DNA of 64,000 nt, taken from assembly GCF_006345805.1 (NCBI RefSeq), contig NC_042998.1:162378001-162442000 (forward strand), in the 5' to 3' direction. Source of the DNA: Octopus sinensis (taxonomy: Eukaryota). This document shows positions 37,047-49,693 of the stretch, piece after piece (position 1 is the first letter of the stretch; each line of letters begins with the position of its first letter). The notes beneath the pieces are model-generated. The model did no database searches and was not told the DNA's origin. It saw only the letters and a program-made list of their open reading frames with translations. The position numbers were made by a program, and so were the translations under genes.

Positions 37047-37050
<4 letters not shown>
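36789..37050 (+). mobile_element. tRNA-derived SINE family D
   Basis: A box GTAGCCTAGTGTTTAGG, B box GGGTTCATTTCC, TTCTTGAGCAAAACATTT shared with family C but a different 3' half. Confidence 0.65.
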
Positions 37051-37077
<27 letters not shown>

Positions 37078-37111
37078 ATAAATTAATAAATAAATAAAAC
37101 ATATGCATATC

Positions 37112-37160
37112 ATCATCATCATCATCATCGTTTAGCGTCCGTTTTCCATGCTAGCATGGG
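37112..37160 (-). mobile_element. RTE 3'-terminal stub
   Basis: (CAT)n-CGTTTAGCGTCCGTTTTCCATGCTAGCATGGGTTGGAC. Confidence 0.8.
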
Positions 37161-38197
37161 TTGGACATACATATATGTACATACCTACCTCTACATGTAT
37201 ATATGCATGCATATATGGGTACAGGACACCAAAAAGACGTCGAACACACACATATATATATATACATACACACACACACATATATATATACATATACATA
37301 CACACACATATATATTTATGCATGTATATTTGCATGTATGCACATAGTCGCATGCTCACACACACACACATATGTTTGATGTTCTTTATCATAAGAAATG
37401 TGGTTTAAACAGCTGATATATAAATGTCACTGGTTTATGATGACATGAAACACACAACCTTTTGTCTTTGTTTCTGTCTCTCTTTCTTCCACTCCTCATC
37501 TGTCCCCCACCTCTCTTCCTTTTTCTCTGTCTCATTCTTGCACCAGCATATAGTCCCGCACAGAATCAGTTACATTCATTCAATCCTTACTAATTAAGTA
37601 AGCAACCAAGGTATCAAATTAGCTTTTGTTTATCATTTATATTTATACATTTATTAATTTTTCTGTCATCATTGAACACATAGCCAAAACAGTTCCGCAT
37701 CAGTAAACTCTGTTTTATTTATTTAAATTTTTTTTTTATGATTCAGTACATGTGATAGCGTTGTTATTTATTGTTAATATCTGAAGCATCTGAACAAACT
37801 ACATACAGATTGTCAGGTTAAGTCCAAAGTGAAGACGAGACAGTATATAAGTGTTATTGGAAACTATTAATATTCATCTGACAGGTACAATAGCAAACTG
37901 CTTCAAAGACATCTCTCGATATTTCCTTTGACAGTTGATTTCATACTATGTTATGAATAATGGAATGTAATTATAGTGTCACTACCTATATTTGACAAGT
38001 AGTTAACTGGTATTGATTAACACTGCATTTTATTTTATATTTTTCTTCCTTTCTGCTTTTTATTTCTAGTTTCTGTTTTTTTCTAAAAAAAACAAGATTT
38101 ATGTGTGTGTCTATGTGTTAATTTTATGTCTGTAAACGTGTATGTGTGCTTGTGTTTATATATGTATATATATCTATATCTATCTATCTATCTATCT

Positions 38198-38257
<60 letters not shown>

Positions 38258-38378
38258 GCTCACATGCATATGCCATACATATATGTGTACATGTGTATGT
38301 ATGTATGTATGTATGTATGCAGATTTTTCTCCATGGGAGAGAAATTATGCATTCTCTCTCTCTCTCTCTTCCTATGTG

Positions 38379-38409
<31 letters not shown>

Positions 38410-38522
38410 GTATGTATATATACATATATATACACATATCATCATCATCATCATCTTCTAATGTCCCTGTTCCATGCTTATATATACATACATACACACA
38501 CATACATTCATATATATATATA

Positions 38523-38560
<38 letters not shown>

Positions 38561-38616
38561 TACGCACACACACACACATCCCTATTTATATGTGAGAGAG
38601 TGAAAGAGAGATAGAG

Positions 38617-38654
<38 letters not shown>

Positions 38655-39888
38655 TAAGATCAAAAAATCAATTATAAGATTCCTCATTGTGTTTTTAGGT
38701 CATTTATATTATTTCTGATAATGACTGAGAGAAAATACCTTATTTCATGTTTATGTTTGTATTAGAGTTATTATGACCAGGTCATAAGTTCATATCTTCC
38801 ACTTCAGACATTATGCCCCTGGGTAAGACATTTCACTTTACTTTCACTGTTCAAAATTGCTATTTTATTTCCTCAAAAGTGCTGCTGAACTGTTGATACA
38901 ATAACTGTATATCTATTTCTCTCCCCAATTCTTATTACAGGAAAAACCATGCTAATGTTGCTAGAATCTGAAAAGCACTGAATTTAAACTTGAGGTTATG
39001 ATCTCTTCCCTGTATTCGTCATAGAGTGATTGGTGACAATAGGTTTTTGCTCTCCAAAGTCAATACTCTGTAAAATTTTCTCAGTTGCCCTTCAAAAGTG
39101 ATTTGTGTTATGATGATGATCGTATGTCAAGCCTGTTAGCAATGACAGACAGTCGTATATTTGGGTGACAAACAATGGATTTTGAAATTAAAATTATATC
39201 TCCCTATAGTGTCATGTTATAAAAAGCTTATTTATAAGTAATTATTTTGTTGTGTCTTTTATAAGAATTTTCTTAACATTAAAATACATGTATACATGTA
39301 ACATGTCAATAATGGAATTATTAAAGAATTCAAGTTTTGACACATTGAGCTAAAAAAGGTTAAAAAGAAATAGAATATTCAATCTGGTTTGTTATTTTCT
39401 TTGTTCAATAATCATTTAAAAAAAATTTCCTTTAAATATATTATGCCTACTTTCTATTGTTATTTAAAAAAAATTTTCTTACGTTTATAATTGTCTTGAC
39501 CTTTTATAGATGAAGATCAAGCTCTCATTTCCCCATGACACATATGTAGTGATTTAAACTTGCAAACATTACTAAATGATCTTTTCCAGTGCAGGCAACC
39601 ATCACTGCTTTCTTCAAACTCTTGTTTTTATTTGTTTTTTTGTTCAATGAAGCTATGAGACTATACAAGACATATTTTTATACAATAAAACATGTATGTA
39701 TATATATATACCACCTGCATCTACCAGACTACCAAATGTTGTTATACTGCTACTCACAATATACTTCCAACTCTTTCTTAATTGTGTCATTTTTTCCATC
39801 TTATCCTAAATTGTTTTACTATACCAGCTTCCCATCATCGTGGAGATACATACATACTTACATACACGTGTGTGTGTGTGTGTGTATG

Positions 39889-40183
39889 TGTGAAGGCTTG
39901 TAGCTTAGTGATTAAGGTATTTGGTTCATGATTTGGGTCATGAGTTCCCAGCAATGTATTTGAGCAAAACACTTTATTTCACATTGCTCTAGACCACTCA
40001 GCTGGTGAAAATGAGTAATGCCTGTATTTCAAAGGGCCAGCTTTGTCACATACTGTGTCCTCCTGTCAAACTATGTTAAGGATATACATGTCTCTGGAGT
40101 ACTCAGCCACTTGCACAATAATTTCATGAGTAAGCTGTTCTGTTGATCAGATCAACTGGAAACCTCATCATCATAACTGACAA
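39889..40183 (+). mobile_element. SINE family C
   Basis: Homologous to 8560-8888. Confidence 0.8.
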
Positions 40184-40641
40184 TGTGTGTACAACCACAC
40201 ACACACACACACACACACTCACACATCTATATACTGATATTCAATTTCTTGTTTCAGTCATTGTAGTTGGGCCATACTGGAGCCATGCAATAATAGAAGA
40301 TAATTGTCCAAGTTGCCATGCAGTGGGATTGAATCTGAAACCATGCAAACTTCTTAATCACAAGCCTATATCTCTTTTGCATTCAGCTTATTCTGTCAAA
40401 TGTAATGCATATTTATCCATATTGTTAGGTCCTGGTAGGGTGTAAAGTCGACAGCACACCTTTGATGCAAGTCTGATGAAGTGCCTCTCTAATGTTTAAA
40501 ACTGCAAACATTACATGAATTTTCACTGTATTTTTGCATAAACTGGTTTTGCAAATGTAGTTGGTACAGAAATAATTGTAACAAATCACTAAAGATGTGT
40601 TAAAGAATTTTTTTTTATCTCCTAATAATTTGGTGTATATA

Positions 40642-41208
40642 TTGGGTTGTCCGGAAAGTTCCTGCCGATTTTTAAAGGAAAGAAAAAGGTCAATAAATAC
40701 TTGCCATTACATTTTTAATCAACCAAATAGGAACCATTTTGTTGCACAATGCATCTCCATCTTTCCTTTAACTTGAAAATATCCGCTTCCCAGAATTGAG
40801 GTGGTTTCATGGCAAAGAATTCATCAAGGTATCTTTTTACGTCATCAAAAGAGTTGAAATTTTTACCATTAAGACTATTCTTCAGAGACCTGAATAAATG
40901 GAAACCCAAAGGAGCAATATCTCGTGAATATGGAGGGTGGGGTAACACATCCCAGCCGAACTACAGCAATTTTTGTCTGGTTTCCAAAGCATCAAGTGCT
41001 GAAAATGAACTTTCTTATCTTCCATTTTAAAGTGTTACAGAAGTTAACACAGGTTATAGGAACATAAACCTTCTTCCATAAAGAGATAGCTTAAAGTGTG
41101 CTCTAAATGGAGGTGTAGTCAAATCCTATTTTATGGACTCAAACATGTTCTAAAATAAGTCGAAAGGTACGCTACTATAAATCGGCACAAACTTTCCAGA
41201 CAACCCAA
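40642..41208 (-). mobile_element. Internally deleted mariner (567 bp) with intact TIRs
   Basis: TIRs TTGGGTTGTCCGGAAAGTTCCTGCCGATTT / AAATCGGCACAAACTTTCCAGACAACCCAA with TA flanks; N-terminus MEDKKVHFQHLMLW fused to C-terminal GWDVLPHPPYSRDIAP...HLFRSL...ERWRCIVQQNGSY. Confidence 0.93.
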
Positions 41209-41361
41209 TATATAAATATATATATATATATATATACTTAGATATATACATAAACACACACACATACATACACACAAGCACACACACACACGCACACATG
41301 TTTATGTATATACTAAATTATAAGAAGGAGACAAAGAAAACCATTTCTTTGTTCAGAAAAA

Positions 41362-42150
41362 AGTGTAGCTGTGTGGTAAGAAGTTTTCTGCTCAGCTGCA
41401 CGGTTCTAGGTTCTAGGTTCAGTCCCATTTTATAGCACCTTGGGTAAGTTTCTTCTACTATAGGCTTGGGTCAACCAAAGCCTTGAAAGTGGATTTGGTA
41501 GACAGAAACTGAAAGAAGCCTGTTGTATATTTATGTGTTTATATGTCACATAAAAACACCATCCGAGTGTGGCCGTTCGCCAGCCTCGTCTGGCACCTGT
41601 GTCGGTGGCACATAAAATCACCCACTACACTCTCGGAGTGGTTGGCGTTAGGAAGGACATCCAGCTGTAGAAACACTGCCAGATCTGACTGGCCTGGTGC
41701 AGCCTTCGGGCTCCCCAGACCCCAGTTAAACCGTCCAACCCATGCTAGCATGGAAAGCGGACGTTAAACGATGATGATGATGATATCATCATCATCATCA
41801 TCATCACTTAACATCCACTTCCCATGCTGGCATGGATTAGACAGTTTGACTGGAACTGATAAGCTGATTTGATATGTGTGTGTGTCTGTATGTGTGTGTT
41901 TGAGTGAATGTATGTGTATGTGTGTGTGTGTATGTTTGTTTGTTTATTGTGTCTGTGTTTGTCTCCCGTCACCACTTGACAAATGGTGCTGGTATGTTTA
42001 CAACCCTGTAACTTAGTAAAAATATCAATAGAATTGTACAGGGTTTAGAAAAAAAAAGAAAAGTCCTGGGGATTGATTTATTTGATATAAAATTCTTCAA
42101 GATGGTGCCTCAGCATGACTGCAGTCTAATGACTGAAATAAGTAAAAGAT
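41362..42150 (+). mobile_element. SINE family A split by two RTE 3'-end insertions
   Basis: Head/core 41362-41535, tail about 41880-42150; inserts at 41545-41784 (+) and 41786-41870 (-). Confidence 0.7.
41545..41784 (+). mobile_element. Young 5'-truncated copy of the RTE 3' end
   Basis: About 7 mismatches in ~225 bp versus 61557-61784 (counted by eye), including one tandem unit. Confidence 0.9.
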
Positions 42151-42159
42151 ATATATATA

Positions 42160-42194
<35 letters not shown>

Positions 42195-42214
42195 GACAGA
42201 TACTGATGTCATGC

Positions 42215-42410
42215 AAATGGCACCCATGCTGATGGCAAGTAAATACAGCCATTATACTATCAAAGTGTTGGCATTAGGAAGGGCATCCAGCCATAGAAAA
42301 CCATGCCACATCACACTGTAGTCTGGTACAGCCTTCCAGCTTACAAGCCCCAGTCAAACCATCCAACCCATGCCAGTATGGACAACGGACATTAAATGAT
42401 GATGATGATA
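42215..42410 (+). mobile_element. Older RTE 3'-end fragment
   Basis: GTTGGCATTAGGAAGGGCATCCAGCC...CAACCCATGCCAGTATGG...GGACATTAAATGATGATGAT. Confidence 0.8.
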
Positions 42411-43004
42411 TATATATATAGGCATATATAACTGATGCTAATACATGTGTTCATATAATAAAGCCATGTCCTTTTATTTTTGTTTGTTTGTCAGTTACCT
42501 GTGGGTCTCAGCTCAATGAGCCTTGTATTGTTGATTCTGCACTGAGCAAATGGATTTGGTAGGATAAATATGTAGAGATAGAGTAAGAACAGAGCAAATA
42601 GGAAGAGGGAAGTGAAAGATAAACACATCGGAGAGAGAGAAAAAGAGAGGGAGATAATAGTTGTCATTTCTATTTTCCATCTGTTTAAAATTAAAAGCTT
42701 TTGTGGAGTGGGAATTAAATAGAAGGGAAAAGGGGAAAAACATATAAAAAGAAAATAATTATATGAAAGGGGAAAAGATGATGAAGTGAAGAAGAAAATC
42801 ATTTATGTGTATTTGTTGCTGTTGTTGCTGTTGCTGTTGTTGTTGTTTTCAATGATTCAGTTTGAATGTAAAGAAATTTGGAAATTTGGGAAATGAAGAT
42901 CAAGCCATTATCCTCCACAGACGATATGATAATCTGAGCAAACATTTAAGCTGTTTACAAAGTCATATGACCAGTGTTACTCTAGTTTGATTGGTTAATT
43001 GGAC

Positions 43005-43066
<62 letters not shown>

Positions 43067-44164
43067 TCTTCCTGCCCCTCTCTCAATCTATATGCATATA
43101 AAATTAAAATTTGACCCAGTAGGATGACAAAGGAACATACAGGAAAGCAGAAACACAGACTGTGGATGCAGACATACATAATCCTTCATCAGTTATTGAC
43201 CAAAAGTCATCACAATTTCAGTACTTTCTGAGAAATTGTGTGTTTGTGTGTGTGTGTGTGCGTGTGTGTATGTGTGTGTGTGTGTGTGTGTGTATGTGTG
43301 TGTGTGCGTGTATGCATGTGTGTGCATGTGTGTGTGCGTATTACTGTTCTGTGATAGTAAGATCAACAAAGAAAGTACTCCATCTGGTAAGAGATAAATA
43401 TTATTTAATAAACACAATATATTTTTGTTCTACTATTAGTTTTATGTGTTGGGAGCATACCAAACAGTGTTTCTTAACACATCTGGTATCCTTGCACAAT
43501 CATCAGACACTGCCCATATGGCATAGTGAACTAGCCATAGCTAGATGCCAAGCAATGCCTGTTGCATGGTGTCTTTTAAAGTAGGGGGAGGCCTTGCACA
43601 CAACGAATCCTACTGTCTGAACAATGATGATAGATACTTACCAAAAGAAGAACTAGTCAACATTTTCTGCAATCATGTTGCAGGTTTTACATCAGAGTGT
43701 TCCTTCTCCTGGAGTGATATCCTAACAAGGATTAGGGATCTTCTGCTACCATTAATGTGGTACACTGTACCTACATTCTCATTGTCTGCTGACTGAACTT
43801 GTTATGTCTACTCATTGGAAATGTGTTGAGCCTTTCTGCAGCCACTGTATTTTTGGCACCAAAATTACCATTTTGTCAATGATTGTTGCAGGAACTACTA
43901 TTGTCCATAAGAAAAGCAGGATTAAGCCTCTATACACAGTATTGGATGGCTGTCAATTTTCATAAGTTCATCCATTACACACATACATACATGCATACAT
44001 GCATACATACATACATACATACATACATACATACATACTACATACATACATACATACATACATACATACATACATTCATACATACATACATACATATATA
44101 CATACATACATACATACAGTTAAGTAAGGTTCAGGTAAAAAGCTTTTAGAATGCTGTGCAAAGT

Positions 44165-44342
44165 TCAGTGTGGGTGCTGGCACCATGTACACTCTGTAAA
44201 GTGGCTGGTGTTAGGCAGGGCATCCAGCTGTAGAAACCAGAACAGCCAATGAAACCTGGTGTGGCCTTTGGCCCTTCCAGTTCCTGCTAAGCCATCCAGC
44301 CTATGCCAGGATGGAAAATTGAGGTTAAATGATGATGATGAT
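44165..44342 (+). mobile_element. Older RTE 3'-end fragment
   Basis: GGTGTTAGGCAGGGCATCCAGCTGTAGAAA...CTATGCCAGGATGGAAAA...GTTAAATGATGATGAT. Confidence 0.75.
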
Positions 44343-45289
44343 GTTATTGTATATGTTATAGAAAGACAGCCTATGTCTGGTTGCTATATAATGTCATTTA
44401 CACTAATCTATGGAAGATTCTATATTAAGGTAGAGAGAAAATGGTGTTACATTTTTCAATTTCACCAATGAATTCATGTTAGTAATCTACTGGAATAATA
44501 ATGATATATTGATTATATATATATATATATTGATTTCTGAGCCTTTTATTTTATTGTGTGTGTGTATGCATATTTTTTAATATTTTATTTATTTTGGTAT
44601 CTGATTAAATATGTCTAAAATGCATTAGCATTTCTATGTAGGGGTCAATAATGCTGGTTCCTCAGTATAGCCACTGCCCACTGGCTGGAACCTGTAAAAG
44701 TATAACTTGCTCTTCGAGTGACAGCATCAACAACAACAACAACTACAGCAACAACAATAACAACAAAAATGTGATTGATAGACCGATGAACAGTTAAAAT
44801 GTCAGATGTGAGTACAGAATCTGATGCCAAAACTTTTGTGGTGCTGGTAGACAGACAATGGTTATAGCTGAAATTTGCTTTTCTTTTAGTTAGCTGATAA
44901 AAATTGACACAGTATGGACATATGTCAAGATTACAGAGAAACTTGCAAGGGTCAACAGCACAAAGAAAAAGAAGGAGGAGGTGGAGGAGAAGGAGGAGGC
45001 AGAGAAGAAGAAGAAAGAAGAAGACAAAGAGGAAGAGAAAGATAAAAGAAAAATGCAAGATAGGATCAAAGACAAAAGAATGGACAAGCATAAACAATTT
45101 GAAGAAGTCGGAGCAATACTGAAATGAGTGATGAATATTAGCAGAAAATATCTGTGATGTTGCTGTCATTGTTGTTTTGGTAGTTTTGCTCTAAGTCAAC
45201 TCTAACTGGGCAGGCCTACAGTCGAAAGTATTCCGCCCATGACCATCAAGTCTTTTTAGTAATATTTAGGATTTTATTATCTAATGCAT

Positions 45290-45435
45290 CTTTACATTCT
45301 GAGTTCAAATTCTGCTAAGGTTAACTTTTCTCTTCGTCCTGTCAGGGCCGATGGAATAAGTACAAGTTGAGTACTGGTGGTGGGGGAGTGTCAGTGTAAT
45401 CCCTCTAAAATTTCTGGCCGTGTACCTATTATAGA
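45290..45435 (+). mobile_element. 5'-truncated SINE family B
   Basis: ACATTCTGAGTTCAAATTCTGC...TAAGTAC. Confidence 0.6.
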
Positions 45436-45450
45436 CAGGATCATCTAATG

Positions 45451-45892
45451 CAGTGGTTCTCAGCCGGTGCTTTTTTTTTATTTATTTATGGACCCTTTTG
45501 TTTACAATTCTCTTCTGGTGGACCCCTATAGTCATTCAATCTTTGAAAAATAGTTTTAAAGATACTTCTTTCAAAATTCCTATTTTGTTATTCACACATT
45601 AACTTGTTTTTACATAGATTAAACTATGTAAAGGATCGTTTTCTGTGTTAAAATAATGAACTGAATGAAGACATACTACAAAAATATATAAAAAAGCATT
45701 ATTTTAACACAATGCATGAACTTTTTCCTCAGCCTAATATTTTGGTGTTTCTTACAATAAATACATCTCAGTCAAAACATTTTCATTGGCCCTTAATATA
45801 TTATTTTGAGGTTCCATGCAAGCAAAATTTACTGTTTTGCTTGTGTAGAACCCCATAAAAAATCTTATATGGAGCCCAGTGGAGAACCACTG
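45451..45892. mobile_element. hAT-Charlie-type MITE (442 bp)
   Basis: Perfect 11-bp TIRs CAGTGGTTCTC/GAGAACCACTG; perfect 8-bp TSD ATCTAATG at 45443-50 and 45893-900. Confidence 0.93.
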
Positions 45893-46254
45893 ATCTAATG
45901 CCTTTTGGCTTCTTATTCAAGACACTAGCATGCAATTTAAGGGAAGTTTGGTTGCTATTTCTAGCAATTTGAACAACTATGCAAATGCTCTTTTACTTTC
46001 ATGTAAAAAAGCATATTTAAAGCCTATAACATTCAGAAAGCTCTAAAACGGAATCAATTACTAAAGCGCATTGTGTCAAATTGAATAAGTCTATTTATGA
46101 GAAAATTAACCTTCTCAATTAGACAGTCAAGGGATTTATAAATAAGTTCCCACGACAGATTCCTTATTTAACTACATCCAATAGATTCTCACTAAACATG
46201 GCTTTATCGTATTTGCCAATATCGTGTATGAGTGAACCTATTATTGGATTTGTT

Positions 46255-46480
46255 ATGCTTGACAATAAAAAAAATATTGACCTTATTATTTTTGTCCCAC
46301 AATGGGGAAAATATTTGATTTATACTTGACTATAGAAAGATATTGGGGCTTGTAATGAAAAACAATCCGAAGATATTGGACTTATTATTTTTCGACAATA
46401 AGAAAGTATTAACCTGATAACGTTTGTTTGACAACGGAGAAGGAAGATGGCTTTTATTTTGTTTGACAAGAGAATCAATA
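46255..46480. repeat. Degenerate ~33-36-bp minisatellite (about 7 units)
   Basis: TTGACAAT..AAA.ATATTGG.CTTATT-like units starting near 46259, 46296, 46326, 46360, 46392, 46428, 46463. Confidence 0.6.
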
Positions 46481-47162
46481 GTCATTCTGATGACCACTCA
46501 TGTCTTGAGATATTTTAATCTTTTCAGCTGGATAAAGAGTGACTTGTATCTATATTTAGCATAGTGCTGCAGTGTCAGTGTCATCTTATATGTGTCTTTG
46601 TGTGCCTTACTATCATGAATATGCATGAGTATATGTACACACACACACACACAAATCATAAAAATTGTATATAGATATATTTATATTATATGTATATTAT
46701 ATATAAATTTGATATATGTTACATATAGATATATATAAATATTATATATTGTATGTAAATATATATATATAAATATATGTGTGTGTGTGTGTGTGTGTGT
46801 GTTTGTGTGTGTATGTATGTATATTGATGTAATGTCATCTTATATATGTCTTTGTGAGTGATTGTGTCTGTGTTTATGCATGGAAAATATATATAAGACA
46901 TACAATATACAAGCTTTGTTAAAAGTATATACACAGTTAATTAATATGTTTATGTGTCAACGATATTTGCATGCACGTATCTATCTGTATGTGTGTTTGT
47001 TTATTTCCATCAAGCCTGCACACACACACACACACACATACACACACAATTATACACATATGCACATCCACACACATGCACTCAAATGAAACTGAGTATG
47101 TATAAAGCAGAATGTCAGTTTAATTAGTAGCGAAACAATTCTGGTTACTTTCCAACAGTCCT

Positions 47163-47202
<40 letters not shown>

Positions 47203-47212
47203 ATATATATGT

Positions 47213-47258
<46 letters not shown>

Positions 47259-47278
47259 ATACATGTATATATATATGT

Positions 47279-47319
<41 letters not shown>

Positions 47320-47699
47320 TGTGTGTGTGTGTATGTATATATATATGTATGTGTGTTCTGTCCTTTTTTTCCTTTGTTTTTTAATTCATCACCCCCATCT
47401 CGATCCCACACAACCCACTTTACTCCATATATCGGCGGCTTGGAAGAAAATTTGATAAATATTGGATGAAATTCAATAATACTGTAACATTACTTGCCAT
47501 GGCCAAAACAACAAAATATATATATTGTAGAATATCTTATTCTTCTTGTGCTGACAACAATAAAATGCATCAAAGGCGCAGGAACAGACACATGCACAAA
47601 CACATGGACAGATAGTCTTAATCTATGTTTTGTGTCTTGGTTTAAACAAATTTTTAGCTAATTTTATGGGTTTTCTTGACATTACTTGTATGCTTTATT

Positions 47700-47999
47700 T
47701 GCTTTTCGTTATTTTTGGTTTTGTATCATAATCATCATTGTTATTGTTGTTGTTATTATTATCATCATCATCATTATCACTGTTATTATTATTATTATCA
47801 TCATTGTTGTTGTTGTTGTTATTATTATTATTATTATTATTAGTGGTAGTAGTAGTAGTGGTGGTGGTGGTGGTGGTGGTGGTGGTGGTGGTAGTAGTGA
47901 TGGTGGTGGTGGTAGTAGTAGTAGTATTGTGACATTGTTATCATTATCTTCATTACTCTCACCATTCTTCTTCTTCTCCTTCTTCTTCTTCTTCTTCTT

Positions 48000-48089
<90 letters not shown>
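47700..48089. repeat. Compound trinucleotide array (TAT/CAT/TGT/GGT/TAG/CTT)
   Basis: Direct sequence. Confidence 0.95.
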
Positions 48090-48278
48090 GAGCAGGCAGA
48101 ATTGTTAGCATGCTGGGTGAAATGCTTAGTGGTATTTTGCCCATTGCTATGTTCTTGAGTTCATATTCCGTCGAGGTCGACTTTGCCTTTCATCCTTTCA
48201 GGGTCGATAAACTAAGTACCAGTGAAACACTGGTGTTAATGTAATCATCTAGTCCTCTCCCTACAAAATTTTAGGATT
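48090..48278 (+). mobile_element. SINE family B
   Basis: GAGGTCGACTTTGCCTTTCATCCTTTCAGGGTCGATAAACTAAGTACCAG. Confidence 0.85.
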
Positions 48279-48282
48279 TTTA

Positions 48283-48286
48283 TTAA

Positions 48287-48331
<45 letters not shown>

Positions 48332-48430
48332 CATTATTATTATTTTTATTATTATCATTATTATTATTACCATTGTTTTTGTTATCGTTATCATCATTAA
48401 CGTCATCATCATCATCACCATTATTATTAA

Positions 48431-48469
<39 letters not shown>

Positions 48470-48568
48470 CATTATTATTATTTTTATTATTATCATTATT
48501 ATTATTACCATTGTTTTTGTTATCGTTATCATCATTAACGTCATCATCATCATCACCATTATTATTAA

Positions 48569-48610
<42 letters not shown>

Positions 48611-48700
48611 CATTATTATTATTAAAATTATTATTGTTGTTGTTGTTATTATTGTTATTGTTATTGTTATTATTGATTGTTGTTATTCGTAATATCATTA
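48283..48700. repeat. (TAT)n array containing a 138-bp tandem duplication
   Basis: CATTGTTTTTGTTATCGTTATCATCATTAACG at 48371 and 48509. Confidence 0.9.
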
Positions 48701-49374
48701 TCATTATTTTTGTTGTATTTTGTTTCCTTTCAATTGCTGTCACCTTACGTATTAAATATCAAATTGCTGATGTCGTTTCTGGTCTAGAGACAAGGAATAA
48801 CAGACGCAGTAGTGGTGGTAGTGGTGATGTTGGCAGTGGTGATTGTAGTAGTAGTAGTAGTGGGGGTGGTTTGAAGTGGGAGTGGTGGCAGTAAGGTTTT
48901 GGTTGTGATTAGGAGTGGAGGAAGACCAATATAGTTTTCTCCATGGAATTAAATTATAAATAAATTGGTTTATATTTCAATAGAAATGGTTTCTTGTTGA
49001 GAAATATGTACAATGTACGTATATCTGTGAGCATGCTTTATTTCATGCTCATACACACAGAGACAGACAGCTAGACTCACATACATACACAACTGATGCA
49101 TATACACACATATAATCACACACACTTGCAAACACATACAAAAGTAAATGGGTCCTCTATTAGTTTTAACAATCAATATTTCAGTTGTCCAATCAACAGA
49201 TCTGCCAACTCATTGAATTACAGTATAAGCGGCTGAGTATTCCTCAGACACATGTACTCTTAACATAATCCTGAAGCAGAAATACCGCAACACATCATGT
49301 GACAAAATTGGCCAATTGAATTACTGATATATTCAAAGGGTTTTCACAGTTCCTGTTTAATTGATTTTGTTCCA

Positions 49375-49656
49375 AAGGCTATGATTGAAGATAATTGCCC
49401 ATGGTATCACAGTGAATTTGAACAGGGGACTTTATAACTGAAAAGCTAAGTTCTTAATCATTCAACCAAGCTTGATGTGTATACTTATGCATGTACATAC
49501 AAACCAAGCACAGGTATGGCTGTGTGGTAATAAGTTTGCTTTTCAACCACATGGTTCTGGGTTCAGTCCCACTGCATGCCACCTTGGGCATCTTCTACTA
49601 TAGTTTCGGGTAGACCAAAGCCATGTGAGTGGATGGAAACTAAAAGAAGCCCATCG

Positions 49657-49693
<37 letters not shown>

